A DNA stretch of 64,000 bases from Octopus vulgaris (Eukaryota). Within the stretch, counting starts at the first letter, position 1, and each line of letters starts with the position of its first letter. Shown here piece after piece: positions 1 through 12,529 of the stretch. The stretch is taken from contig OX597817.1 in assembly GCA_951406725.2 (NCBI GenBank), positions 145,886,001-145,950,000 on the forward strand, read 5' to 3'. The notes under the pieces are model-generated. The model was given only the letters and a program-made list of their open reading frames with translations. It made no database searches and had not been told where the DNA came from. The translations under genes and the position numbers were made by a program.

Positions 1-754
1 CCTGTTGTCTGTTCTGGCATGGTTTCTTATTTCTTTATTGCCCACAAGGGGATAAACATAGAGGGGACAAACAAGGACAGATGAAGGGATTAAGTCGATT
101 ACATTGGCCCCAGTGTGTAACTGGTACTTATTTAATCGACCCTGAAAGGATGAAAGGCTAAGTCGACCTAGGCAGAATTTGAACTCAGAACATACCGCTA
201 AGCATTTCGCCCGGTGTGCTAACGTTTCTGCCAGCTCACTGCTTGGTTTCTATAGTTTCTGGCTTGGTTTCTATGGCTAGATGCCCTTCCTAATGCCAAT
301 CACTTTACAGAATGTACAGGGTGCTTTTTATGTGACACCAACACACTCGTTTCAGTCATTGCACTGTGGCCATACTGGGGTACCACTTTGAATGGTTTAG
401 TCAAAGGCATTGACCCCAGAACTTATTTTTTAAGGTTGGTACTTATTCTGCCAATCTCTTTTACTGAAACATTAAGGGGTCATAAAGAAACTTACACCAA
501 TTGTCCAGTGGTGTGGGGACGAACACAGACAGGCACACATGCATACGTATGCACACACACACACACATATACAATCCTTTCTACTATAGGCACAAGGCCT
601 GAAAGTGGAAGAGCGGGATAGTTGATTACATCGACCCCAGTACTCAACTGGTACTTTTTCCATCGACCCCGAAAGGATGAAGGGTAAAGTTGACCTCAGC
701 AGAATTTGAACTCAGAATGGAGCAAACGATTCTGCCAGCTCACCACCTTGCACA

Positions 755-816
755 TGCACACACACACGCACACGCACACACACACACGCATGCACACATA
801 CACACACATGTACACA

Positions 817-850
<34 letters not shown>

Positions 851-851
851 A
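755..851. repeat. Imperfect (CA)n microsatellite
   Basis: Visible directly. Confidence 0.9.
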
Positions 852-3510
852 TAACGGGCTTGAATGTAGTTTCAATCAACCAAATCCACTTGCAAGACAT
901 TGATTGGCCAGAGGTTGTTGTGAGGAAACACTTACCCAAGGTGCCGTACAGTGAAACTGGACCCAAATCCCATGTGGTCACAAAATGAACTTCTTAACCA
1001 CATAACCATATTTGCAATTTATATTATTTTTATGTGAAATATTCTTTTCTACTTGAGGCATAAGGCCTGAAATTTTTGGGGCTGGAGGCAATCGATTAGA
1101 TTGTTATTGACCCCGAAAGGATGAAAGGCAAAGTCAGCCTCGGCAGAATTTGAACTTAGAACATAAAGACAAATGAAATACTACTAAGCATTTCGCCCGA
1201 TGTGCTAATGTTTCTGCCAGCTTGCTGCCTTATTACTTCTGTAATTATAACACAGCTGAAGAAAAGAAGACGAAAAGAAGAGAAAGATTCGAGCCCCCCA
1301 CCCCCCATTTTTTTTTGTGGACTGAAAGGCTGGTTTATTAGAGACACCCTCCACATTTTTTTTTTGGACCAGGAGGAGGTAGTGAGGTCATAGATCCTTG
1401 CTTCAGCTGAGATTAAATACTATAAATTTGTCCTATTGTAAAAAAGAAGAATAACAGAGACGAAAAAAATGTATTTAAAGATTTACCCAGAAGCTTCTTA
1501 AGGGTACCAGAGTTGGAACTTCCCATCAACTATAAGAATAATATGATTTTTAAGAAAAATACTATTTTCAAGAGGTTCATATTTTATCCTTCTCTTCACA
1601 TTGTTTCACAATCGGTTTGTTGTTGTTTAGCCTCAGTAATGACTTAAAAAACGTCTGAACAGAGATATTTCAGCTGTAACTGTTAAGTTTTTTTAATGGT
1701 TTCTACTAGTAGTGTCTCTTCCCTTTTCAAGATGATAAGACATGATTTGAGAGAGATTTGGCTGCTATTTGTAGCAGGGTGAATGACCTCATAGTGGCTC
1801 ACATTTTTTACCACTAGGTCGTTCATGATATCGGAAATCCATGACCAAAGGTGTTCTAACTGTGACCATCCAACCACAGGCCATATTAGTGTGACATTCC
1901 AACATGCAATTAAGCGGAATCATCTGCATTACATTGTTAGATGAGTTTACGCTGTCTTTTCCTCACCGCATAAGTATTTCTGATTAGACTTGTGTGATAT
2001 TCAGTGCATTAAGTATGTGCACACTAACTTTATTGTTTTTATACAGTATCAGATGTCAACAAGGATTCTTTCATTGAAAGAGGTTGAAAAAACAGTTTTC
2101 TGATGCAGATATTTAGTTTGGTGTCTTACTGTTTACAGTTCCAATCCTACTGAAGCTGATTTTTACCCTCCAGCTATTCATTACATTAACGTACCATAAA
2201 TAGCAAAGGCATTCCATTAAAAAGACAACTCATGCAAAGATGTTGTTGTATAGCCCTGGGAAGATCTGATCAGGCCAACAGAAGACCATCTTTAACATTC
2301 AGATTACTCTATCTAATGTAATGCTTCGTTATTCACATTGTTTTGAATTAATCATGCTTTGAATTAATCTCATTATTTCTATATTTCAATAATATCATCA
2401 TCATCATCATCATCGTTTAACGTCCGCTTTCCATGCTAGCATGGGTTGGATGGTTCGACTGGGGTCTGGGAAGCCAGGAGGCTGCACCAGGCCCAGTCTG
2501 ATCTGGCAGTGTTTCTACTGTTGGATGCTCTTCCTAACGCCAACCACTACATGAGTGTAGTGGGTGCTTTTAACGTGCCAGGCGAGGCTGGCAACAGCCA
2601 CGATCGGTTGGTGCTTTTTATGTGCCACTGGCTCGAAGGCCAGTCAAGGCGGCTCTGGCAATGGCCACGTTTGGATGGTTCTTTTACGTGCCACTGGCAC
2701 TGGTATCACAACTGCAATTTCCATTGATTTTTTATCAATTTTGATTGTTTATTTTTAGAATAACATTGCAGGGTAAGTGTAAGAGGCCAGTCTGGCTGAT
2801 CTGGAGGTTGAATATTGGGGCCAGATATGGTCAGTTTATATAAATGCTAAAGGGTTAGAAAGATAAAACAGTGAAAATCAAAAAGATAATGTTATTGCTT
2901 AATCCCATGTCAACCTCATTTTTACAAACTTACAATCAAAACCATTCCATCGACGACCATCACATCTTTTTAAGACTAACCAAAACTGCATCATCTGCAC
3001 AGTTGAGTTGTGAGTTTCCTTCACAACCATGAGGCACCACATTTGATTGACTCAAGCCTTGGATGGAAACTGTATGGAATCTCATCAGACAAATTGCATT
3101 TGTAATTCAAAGGTCCAGACTTATCAGGTAGTATGATGCTGATTTACCCTGATTATGTTAACAGTGCATGTGTACATGGAATACTCAACCGCTTTAACAT
3201 AAATTTAACGAGTAGGTGGTTGAGTTGATTGAACAGCTGAGTGTTCATTGCGGAAACTGAGTGAGGATTCATTACCATCATCTAACACTTCAACATCTAA
3301 TGTGATTTTCTTTAAAATGGTAGGGTGTGATCTGATGAAGATTTCATTGCTATTTCTAGCTGGTCGAACGACGACGTAAAGATTTTCTTATATGGCGCTT
3401 GTTCCTGTTGCACTTTTATGTCAGTGATTAGAATCAGAATCACTAGAACAAGGGTAACCGATTATCATTGTTTGCCATTGAAACTGGGGGTGGTAGATTA
3501 GAAGTATCAT

Positions 3511-4475
3511 GCTGAAATATGCAGATGACATCAAGCTGTACTTTGAAATAAAGAGGACAGATCCTGTACACTATAGATCATTATTGCAATCAGACCTGGA
3601 TACAATGCAACAGTGGATCATGGACTGGCAACTCTAGCTGGCTGTGGACAAATATACCACCATGCATTTTGGGAGGAAAACCCCAGCGTCTACTTATTCC
3701 CTCCACATCACTAATCTCAAAAAGTCTTCTTGTGAACATGACCTGGGCATTATTGTCAACAGCGATTTGCGTTGGACAAAACACATCGCTAAAATTGCCA
3801 AGAAGGCTGAGGGTGTCTTGGCATCACTTATCAAGTCCTTTGTGAGCTGCTCTCCAGCTATCTATCTGAGGCTTTATATAACTATGGTGCGGCCTCACCT
3901 GGAATTTGTATCACCAGTCTGGAACCCCTATCTTGCCCAGGATATTAATCGTCTGGAAACCGTTCAGCGATGTGCAACCAAGAGAATACACTCCATCAGG
4001 CGTTTGCCATATTCTGAATGCCTTACTTCCCTGGGCATGGATACATTGAAACTCTGGCAGCTGACTTGGCAGACACCCATAAAATTATTAACCATCTTAC
4101 CAACAATAACTCTGAGCACCTTTCGAAACTCCACCTGTCTAACACCTGTGGACATGTTTACAAGATCAAAAAACAGCACAGCTCCCATGACTTTTGGAAA
4201 CATTTTTTCACGCTAAGAGTTGCTGAAGCATGGAACAGACTGCCGGCATCAGTTGTTAGTTGTTGGAGCACTGCATCCTTCAAAACTTCCATGCTTCCTG
4301 AGATTCGCCAACACTACACCTGATTTTATCCCCTCCATACACACGCAAGCATGTATCTGACTCATACACTGTTCACTTTCCAGACATTTATACATTACTG
4401 CATATGCTTTATACACATTTTTGACAAGTTGTGGTGCACCTGAGCACTGTATACAATAATTTCATTATTATTATT
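3511..4475 (+). mobile_element. 5'-truncated CR1/L2-clade LINE (RT C-terminus and 3'UTR with (TTA)n tail), decayed
   Basis: YADD at 3518-3529, DLGI, LYITMVRPHLEF.SPVWNPY, HFFTLRVAEAWNRLP. Contains an in-frame stop and a frameshift. Confidence 0.9.
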
Positions 4476-6526
4476 TATTTTATGAGCATTTTAGGGCAGA
4501 ACACCTGTATCTCCTGGTGTGATATATATGTAAGGAAGGGCTGTGCAGGCCTCTGTTTCTATCATTCATTTACTGGTTCCTTTTCTTCTCCCTCTTTTTA
4601 ACTTCTTAATTCTCTTTCTTTTTTTCATTGAATTGTAAATATTGGTAGGGCTCTGATAGTGTTGTTAGAGAGACAGATGCTTAGGTGATAGATGGAACCT
4701 GTCACCTGTTTAACACCAGCACTGGGTCCTTGGGTGTCTTTTGTCACTATAGTTGGAAAACAATTCTTTTATTTGCCTCAGGCACATAATTGAGGAGGAC
4801 ACCACAAGGAGAGAAAACAAGGTGTAAGGATTTATGCAAAGGATGGGGGAAAAGAAATGGAAAAGACAGTGAAAGTATACTTAGTATATAAAGTCTGTGA
4901 TAACATGAATGATGCAATCCTCCTGATACAGGAAAAACTCCAATTAGAGCCAAACTCCAACTAGGGCCCCACAGATCCAGGATTACCCTGACCACAATAG
5001 GTATGAGCCCTCTCCCTGCTTTTCAATCTACAGGTGCATGTTTAGAGTAGAGCCATTCACTCTAACGATTTTTGTCAGTCACCCAGCTTTTCACAAATTC
5101 ACTTGAAGGTGAAAATAATAATAAACTCCAGTTAAGTATTGGAGTTAATTTCATCAATTGTCCCTTCCTTCGAAATTTTTGTTTTTTTAGCTATATTAGA
5201 AATCCTTATTATTGCTGAAATACATGGGAAAACCCATGGGGAGGTTGCACATGGCGGTTAGGTAGTGCTGTGGAATGGGACAAATTGACATGTTTAATAA
5301 GATGAAGAGAGTTTCCAAATTTTTAAAATTTGCCAAACATCTTGTTGATGAAAAAAAATCACATAAACCATTTATCTTTTACTTGTTTCAATCATTTGAC
5401 AGCGGCCATGCTGGGGCATCATCTTGAGGGTTTTTAGTCTAATAGATCAATCCCAGTGTTTATTTTCCAGCCTGGTACTTAAGCTGTCGATGTCTTTTGC
5501 CAAACCATTAAGCTACAAGGACATAAACAAACCAACACCAGTCATCAAGTGGTGGTGTCAGACAAGCACAGATACAAATACACACACATACACACCTGAC
5601 ACGCTTCCACACAGTTCATTTCCATCTACCAAATTCACTCACAAGACATTGTGTCTCGTGTTACAGTAGAGGACACCCAAAGTGTTGTGGAGTAGGACTG
5701 AACCTGAAACAGCCAGGTTGCAAAGCAATGCCTGTGCCTAGGGTAACATTTTATCTTCTCATTAATAAAGAAAAGGAGATGTGCCAAACACTTCCACAAA
5801 TATTTGGCCAGGCTCTGTTTTATATCAGCTTTGAGAACTGCTGTAGGTGATGAGTAAAGTGGATTTGCGGGATTAAAAAGTGGAATCTGAGAAAAGCAGA
5901 AATTTTTTTTTAGGAGTGAAGGTTTTTATTCATGATTAATTACATAAGTTATATTATTAATCAACAATTTGCCAAAGTCAACAGTTAAAATGGTAAAAAA
6001 GAAATTAACCAACAAAAGTAAATAAAATAAAAAGGTACATAACACTTCCTTACTTATATATTGTACCAGGTTATATATATGTGCCTCCACTAGAAATTGT
6101 TCAGGCAACCCAAAACATGGTTAAACTGTGGGTAGTCATGAGAAGTGAGGTACTGGAAACATCCGAGCACCATCAAAGTCATGGCATTGACCTCTTACAC
6201 AGCAACCAAGCTCCCACAATCTTCTCAAATGTCACAAGTTGAAAAAATGTAATTCACTGACAAATTACAGCATTTCAGTATTTTATTCCGTTCAATAGTT
6301 ATCTATGATAGCGGAAAATTATTTGATAAAGTTTGTCAAATTGTGATAAATTAGATTTAAATGGTGAATTTTTATGTTTTGTGCAGGAAATTATGTATGT
6401 ATTATATCATTTGCTTGTTCTGTTTTACACCATGCATAATAGTTTGGAGTGTAAAATAAAATTATAAAAATTTGTTAAATTTCTGTTATATGAAACAGGA
6501 ATACAGAGGCAGGAGATGAAAGTAAG

Positions 6527-6938
6527 GCGTTGGAGTGGCTGTGTGGTAAGTAGCTTGCTTACAAATCACTTGGTTCTGGGTTCAGTACCACTGCGTGGCA
6601 CCTTGGGCAAGTAAGTGTCTTCTGCTATAGCCTCAGGTTGACCAAAGCCTCGTAAGTGGATTTGGTAGATGGAAACTGAAAGAAGCCCATCGTATATATG
6701 TATATATATATGTGTGTATGTTTGTGTGTATATGTTTGTGTGTCTGTGTTTGTCCCCCCAACATCTCTTGACAACCGATGCTGGTGTGTTTACGTCCCCA
6801 TAACTTAGCGGTTCAGCAAAAGATACCAATAGAATAAGTACTAGGCTTACAAAGAATAAGTCCTGGGGTCGATTTGCTCGACTAAAGGCAGTGCTGCAGC
6901 ATGGCCACAGTCAAATGACTGAAACAAGTAAAAGAGTA
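6527..6938 (+). mobile_element. tRNA-derived SINE family B (CORE-like, internal TA/TG microsatellite)
   Basis: GGAGTGGCTGTGTGGTAAG, GGTTCAGTxCC and CCTTGGGCAAGT motifs, (GTAAAAGA)n tail. Other copies at about 5375-5740(-), 8365-8750(-), 15095-15470(-), 25505-25882, 26068-26422 and 28105-28472. Confidence 0.85.
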
Positions 6939-7284
6939 TATATATATATATATATACATACACACACACATATATAAATATATATATATATATATAGATA
7001 TAGATATATATATGTATGTCCTGTTTTTTGACTCCATAGACTGAGCAACAGACTTTGGTAGAATGTAGATTAATGGCTGTCCTTCGAAGTCCCATTCCTG
7101 ATGAGAAATGAAAAGGGTACTTGTTTAACTTTCATCTCCCGCCTCTGTATTCCTGTTTCATACAACGGAAATTTAACATAAATTTTTATAATTTTATTTT
7201 ACACTCCAAACTATTATGCATGGTGTAAAACAGAACAAGCAAATATAATATGGGAAATCCCAAATGATATAAAAGTAACTTTGT

Positions 7285-7890
7285 TGTGCCACCTGACTGG
7301 CTCCTGTGCTGGTGGCACATAAAAAGCACCATTCAAGCGTGGTCAATGCCAGTACCGCCTGACTGGCTCCTGTGCTGGTGGCATGTAAAAAGCACCATTC
7401 AGACATGGTCAATGCCAGTACCACCTGACTGGCTCCCATGGTGGTGGCACATAAAAAGTACCATTCAAGTGTGGTTGATGCTAGTGCGCCTGACTGCTCC
7501 ATGCTGGTGGCACATAAAAAGCACCATTCAAGCATGATCATTGCAAGTGCTGCCTGACTGGCTCCTGTGCTGGTGGCACGTAAAAAGTGCCATTCAAGCA
7601 TGGTCGATGCCAGTACTGCCTGACTGGCTCTCTTGCCAGTGGCATGTAAAAAGCACCCTTCAAGCATGGTTGATACCAGTGCCACCTGACTGGCTCTCAT
7701 GCTAGTGGCATTAAAACACACCCACTACATTCTCAGAGTGGTTGGCATTAGGAAGGGTATCCAGCTGTAGAAATTTTGCCAGATTAGATTGGAGCCTGGT
7801 GCAGCCTTCTGACTTGCCAGTGCTCAGTCAAACCGTCTAACCCATGCCTGCATGGAAAGCAGACGTTAAACGAAGATGATGATGATAATG
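7285..7890 (+). mobile_element. SINE-like family C with an internal tandem array of about 66-bp units and a (GAT)n tail
   Basis: About 6.5 units of CTGACTGGCTCCTGTGCTGGTGGCACGTAAAAAGCACCATTCAAGC..., then GGTTGGCATTAGGAAGGGxATCCAGCTG...GTTAAACGATGATG. More than 20 copies in the window, e.g. 2395-2745(-), 14770-15070(-), 16370-16830(+), 20900-21187(+), 24325-24635(-), 27270-27578(-), 29565-29905(-), 36185-36590(-), 42270-42715(-), 45155-45565(-) and 49425-49910(-). Confidence 0.85.
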
Positions 7891-8764
7891 ATGAATCATA
7901 TGTAACATATACATAATGTTGGTGGATTCATATCCGTTTATCCAATATCCAAAAATAAAACAAAGAAAAAGAAAAACAAGGAAAGAAAATTTCGATTCTG
8001 ATTTTTTTTTTATACCCTCAATTTTCAATGTTTTATATTTTTGCCCTTCCCCTCAGTCCCATTCCTATTTCTATCCCATAAGGTATGGGACTTCGAAAAA
8101 CAACTTTCCCAAAATCTACCGGAGCCATTATGTGGTTGCCTGACCTGTTAAAACTGGCAGCCAAATTAGCCTCAAATCACATCCAACTGTTTGTAGTCCT
8201 AGGTATACTGCACATGGAAAAAATAAATTTGGATAAAATAAATTGGTCACAGCAATAATGCCATCGATCGTGGATCGTGAGCAGTTCTGATATGAGGCTA
8301 GACATTAATTGAACCAGCCACTAATTTCCCATGTATATTTCCTCAGTGTAATCTTTTTTTATTTTTTCAGTCATTAGACTGCGGCTATGCTGGGGCACCG
8401 CCATGAAGAATTTTTAGGCGAACGTATCGACACTGGCGCTTAATTTTTTTAAAGCCCGGTACTTATTCTATCGGTTTCTTTGCCGAACAGCTTAGTTACG
8501 GGGACGTAAACACACCAGCACCGGTTTCAAACATGGTAGTGGTTGGGGCACAAACACACACACATAGATATATTTATATACATATATACGGGCTTCTTTC
8601 AGTTTCCGTCTATCAAATCTACTCACAAGGCTTTAGTCGGTCAGAGGCTATACTAGAAAACACTTGCCAAAGGTGCCACGCAGTGGGACTGAACCCCGAA
8701 CCACATAGTTAGGAAGCAAGCTTTTCACCACACAGCTACGCCTGTGCCTATATTTTTGTTAGAT

Positions 8765-9162
8765 GGTGAGCTGGCAGAATCGTTAGCACGTCGGGCGAAA
8801 TGCTTAGCGGTATTTCGTCTGTCGCTACGTTGTGAGTTCAAATTCCGCCGAGGTCGACTTTGCCTTTCATCCTTTCGGGGTCGATAAATAAAGTACCAGT
8901 TACGCACTGGGGTCGATGTAATCGACTTAATACCTATGTCTGTCCTTGTTTGTCCCCTCTGTGTTTTAGCCCCTTGTGGGTAATAAAGAAATAGGTACTA
9001 CTTGAGTTCAAATTCCGCCGAGGTCGACTTTGCCTTTCATCCTTTCGGGGTCGATAAATTAAGTACCAGTTAAGCACTGGGGTCGATATAATCGACTTAA
9101 TACCTATGTCTGTCCATGTTTGTCCCCTCTATATTTAGCCCCTTGTGGGTAATAAAGAAATA
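8765..9162 (+). mobile_element. tRNA-derived SINE family A (dimeric copy)
   Basis: A-box-like GAGCTGGCAGAA, B-box GAGTTCAAATTCC, central GCCTTTCATCCTTTCGGGGTCGATAAA..GTACCAG (Deu/Nin-domain-like), A-rich end. Other copies at about 27-243(-), 575-748(-), 1043-1230(-), 20091-20505, 30135-30580(-), 32370-32670, 34378-34562(-), 37372-38232, 54050-54463(-), 58178-58625(-) and 63010-63220. Confidence 0.85.
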
Positions 9163-9401
9163 GGTACTACTTGAGAACAGTGGTCCCGGTGCGCGCACTC
9201 GCGCTAGCTAGTCATGACTAGTCGATCCTTACTTTGTGTTTTTGTGTTATTTACTTTGTTTAAAAAATTATTTACTTTGTGTTTTTGTGTTTTATTTACT
9301 TTGCTAGGTAGTCGTTGTAGGATCGACTAGTCACGACTAGCTAGCGCGGATGCGCGACTACGCGAGTGCGCGCACCGGGACCACTGTTGTCAGGTAGTAC
9401 C
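9163..9401. mobile_element. CpG-rich MITE with GGTAC...GTACC termini (Merlin-like)
   Basis: About 40-bp TIRs plus subterminal inverted repeats. TTGTTAGAT occurs at 8756-8764 and 9402-9410 as a candidate TSD. Confidence 0.75.
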
Positions 9402-9733
9402 TTGTTAGATACAGTACATTGTAGAAGGAAAAAAAACCACAGCTGTAATGCCATTGATTACAAGTCTGTAAGGTGGGAGTAAACATTTAACTAAACCTTC
9501 GGATTTCTCCCAAACACCTAGTTACAACTAACTATAACCATCGATATAGATAAATATATTTTCAGCAAAACAATCTTATTTCTTTATTGCCCACAAGGGG
9601 GTAAACATAGAGTGACCTGCCAACATAATGTAAACGGTTTAATAACCGGAAGTAGATCTTTCGAATTAAAGTTAAACAACGTATATATTTACACTTTGCT
9701 GACAAGAGTTTGGTTTGGCGACAGAGAGACAGA

Positions 9734-9861
9734 ATGAAGGTCAGGGTCCGGTATGGGTCGACAACCAAAGTAATTCCCATCGACGATGAAGTCGCAAATT
9801 TTGTTCAGTTGTCAGAACTTCGAAGACTTATCCACGAAGCATTTGGTGATTCCTTGACCGG
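9734..9861 (+). CDS. FBXO7: F-box only protein 7-like, coding exon 1 (Ubl domain start)
   Basis: ATG at 9734 gives MKVRVRYGSTTKVIPIDDEVANFVQLSELRRLIHEAFGDSLT(G), similar to the FBXO7 N-terminus MRLRVR...LxxLR. Donor GG|GTGTGT, phase 2. Confidence 0.85.
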
Positions 9862-10547
9862 GTGTGTGTGACTCGTTATTTTGGGTTTTTTTTTTACTTC
9901 TTTTCCTCAGTTGATATTGATTTCTCGAAACTGCATTCAGACCCGGTTTCACATTTACTTTTATTATAATTCTCTTCGCATTTAGGTTGCTTTATAGGAA
10001 TATTCTAGATTTAACTGTGCACCTGTCCGCTACTCGGGTTTAATTCTAGTTTGCCAACCGTAAATGATATATAGAAAGAAAGTTTTGTTACATGCTACCG
10101 TCTATATCACAATGTTATATGAATGAAGCCTTAGTTACTTTTGAACGGAAAGGCAAACGAATTTGTAACGTTTTCAATTTTATTTTTCTCGAGAATAAAT
10201 TACGTGATGGCCATAATCACTACCCTTTTTCCTCAGAGGGTCGCAGATTCGATTTAGCGACGCTTCATGTTTGCTCTATGCGAAAAAATTGTTTTTTCCT
10301 ATTACAGCTGTCTTGTAAAAGGTAATTGTTGTACTGAAAACGAACATAAAATTGGGGACAAGAATATTAAAAATTAAATTTTTTTGAACAAAAAGTTCTT
10401 TCACGGAGGGAATCAACCTCTTAATAACAAAGAAAACATTTAAATTTAAATAAACAAATGACTATGTTCGGATAAACAACAAATGTATTTGTAAACGACA
10501 AAATGTTTTTATTTCTATGGTTTAGAAGAGGAAGAGCAACTCTTATC

Positions 10548-10674
10548 GGCACCACTTAAATACAGAGGTCCCGAAGCATCTACGTAACGATATGTTTTTA
10601 CAGTGCCCATTCGTAAGGGGGTTAGTTTTTAGGGTTACGTAGAGGCGTCGGGACCTCTGTATTTAAGTAGTGCC
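10548..10674. mobile_element. 127-bp MITE with GGCAC...GTGCC termini (Merlin-like)
   Basis: About 41-bp TIRs; flanks AACTCTTATC and AACTTATC. Confidence 0.75.
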
Positions 10675-11429
10675 AACTTATCACCATTTTTCGGTACCTC
10701 GGAGACTGGTGGGAACGAAGTTATCTACTGGCTGAAATGCTTGCAGCAATGTAGACTCCCTGCACTAAGCGTACTCAAAGGAACCGTAAGGTAGTGTTAA
10801 ACCAGTTGACGGATTAAATATCCACCCATAGCAAAGTAATAACTTATAAACATTATGGCACTTTGCACAACAAAACAGTATTTTCTACTTCCTCATTTGA
10901 ATCAACGAAGGGAAGCTCTCTGAAGTCGTTCGACCTGCTAAAAGTAGCAGCCTTTTAGAGAGGGCTGAGTTGGGGATAAACAAGAGCAACCTTAAAATTC
11001 AACAAGAATCTCAACGAGTGGGATTTGGGGATTGAGTACAAATTTATTAGTCAAAGGATTTACAAGGGTCCCCAATAGACTAAACAAGACTGAAGTGATT
11101 TGAAGCAGCCTCAAAATTGTGTAAAATTAGAGCGAAATATTTTTGTAACCGAAATATATATTTTAGAGTAAAATGTGTTCTATAAATCATTTGTGGAAAT
11201 CTTAAATTATAATAATTTGTGTGTATTTCCGGTGATAGACTTGATTTTATTGTGTTAGTGATATATGTACACCATCATTTAACGTCTGTTATAGATGCTG
11301 GCATGGGTTGGACGGCTTGACCAGTCTGGTATGCTGAAAGGCTGCACCAGACTCCAGTCTGATTTCACATGGTTTTCTATGGCTGGATGCCCTTCCTAAT
11401 GTTAACCATTCTGAGAGTGTTTATAAGTA

Positions 11430-12520
11430 CCGTTCTTACAAAGATACTCTAAAATTGCTTTCTAAATTTGTAGAGGGATCAATAATATTCCGCAATCTTT
11501 TAAAAAAGGAATATCCATAATGCTGAATCATTTGCAAACAACAACTGTTTACTTGATGGGGCTACAGTGCCCAGAGAATGGCTGTAATATGAAACATCAT
11601 TCGATATCTTTTCTATGTGGTGCTGGTAGAAACTTATCTAAGTATAACATGATTAGAAATGTTTGCATAGAGGTAAAATACTTGAGATATGGATAGATTT
11701 CAAAAGTCACCCTCAAACCACTAAAATTCGCCTGATTCAGTTACATATGGCAAAAGCCATTTGCAGAATATAACGACCAAAATTATTTAGAAAGCTTAAA
11801 TTTTTAGAAATTGAAGGTAAACTTCTGAAGTGGTCTGAAAACTATTTGGAAAATAGAAAACTGTTCTGAAGATTGTTTCTCATTAAATTTGGATTTCATT
11901 TGGAGTTCTGCAAGGCAGCCTTATTGGGCTGGTACTTTTCCGAATTTCTATAAATGACTTGCAAACTGTAACTCATTTTTCTTGTTTAACCCTTTTGTTA
12001 ACAACCCAGCCAAAACCGGCTCTGGCTCTGTAGTACAAATATCTTGTTTTCATAAGTTCTGAATTAAAATCTTCCATCAAACCTTAGTCATAATTTATGT
12101 TCCTAATACTAGCTTAATGATAACCAAGTTATTTTACTAAATTCTTTGTTATATCTAAAGTAATTGAAAGAAATACAGAGCATCTCAAAATAAATACTGT
12201 AACAAAAGGGTTAAAATCATATGTGGAAGATGTAAAATAATAGAACTTTGCTAATCTGTCTCCATGTTGGTTTTTCTTATGGCTCAAGGGATGCAGTTGT
12301 CTATCACAAAATATTTTATCTTACTCTTAGTTTGGAAAATTTTGATACTGAGTGTTTAAATTCCAAAAGTTTCTAATATATCTGATCTCGGGAATCTTTT
12401 GGCGTTTCGAATGCGTTCTGCTGAAATTGCCTCCAAAGATTTTCAAAAGATGCATTTAACCTTTTATGACTTTGCAGTTATGATAGAATCTTTTTGTTGG
12501 TCATGTTTCAAACTTACATA
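11430..12520 (+). mobile_element. Old CR1/L2-like RT remnant interrupted by a piggyBac-type MITE
   Basis: GVLQGSLIGLVLFRISINDL near 11902-11961 (RT GVPQGS..GP.LF.IYINDL), and a YADD-like YVEDVK just after the MITE. Limits are approximate. Confidence 0.6.
11986..12214. mobile_element. piggyBac-type MITE, family 1 (TTAA TSD)
   Basis: TTAA-CCCTTTTGTTA...TAACAAAAGGG-TTAA; recurs at 38735-38963 and 47084-47305. Confidence 0.85.
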
Positions 12521-12529
12521 ATAGATATG

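Noticed and set aside
1486-1530. Possible minus-strand micro-exon (tag|...|gtaaat) of a divergent gene
   Set aside because: No recognisable peptide and no partner exons found in 1-9700.
3644-4323. 190-aa and 101-aa ORFs as a host gene
   Set aside because: They are frameshifted pieces of a LINE reverse transcriptase with an upstream stop codon.
7285-7730. CRISPR-like array or repetitive 175-aa ORF
   Set aside because: There are no unique spacers. The units are internal tandem repeats of a dispersed SINE-like family in a eukaryote.
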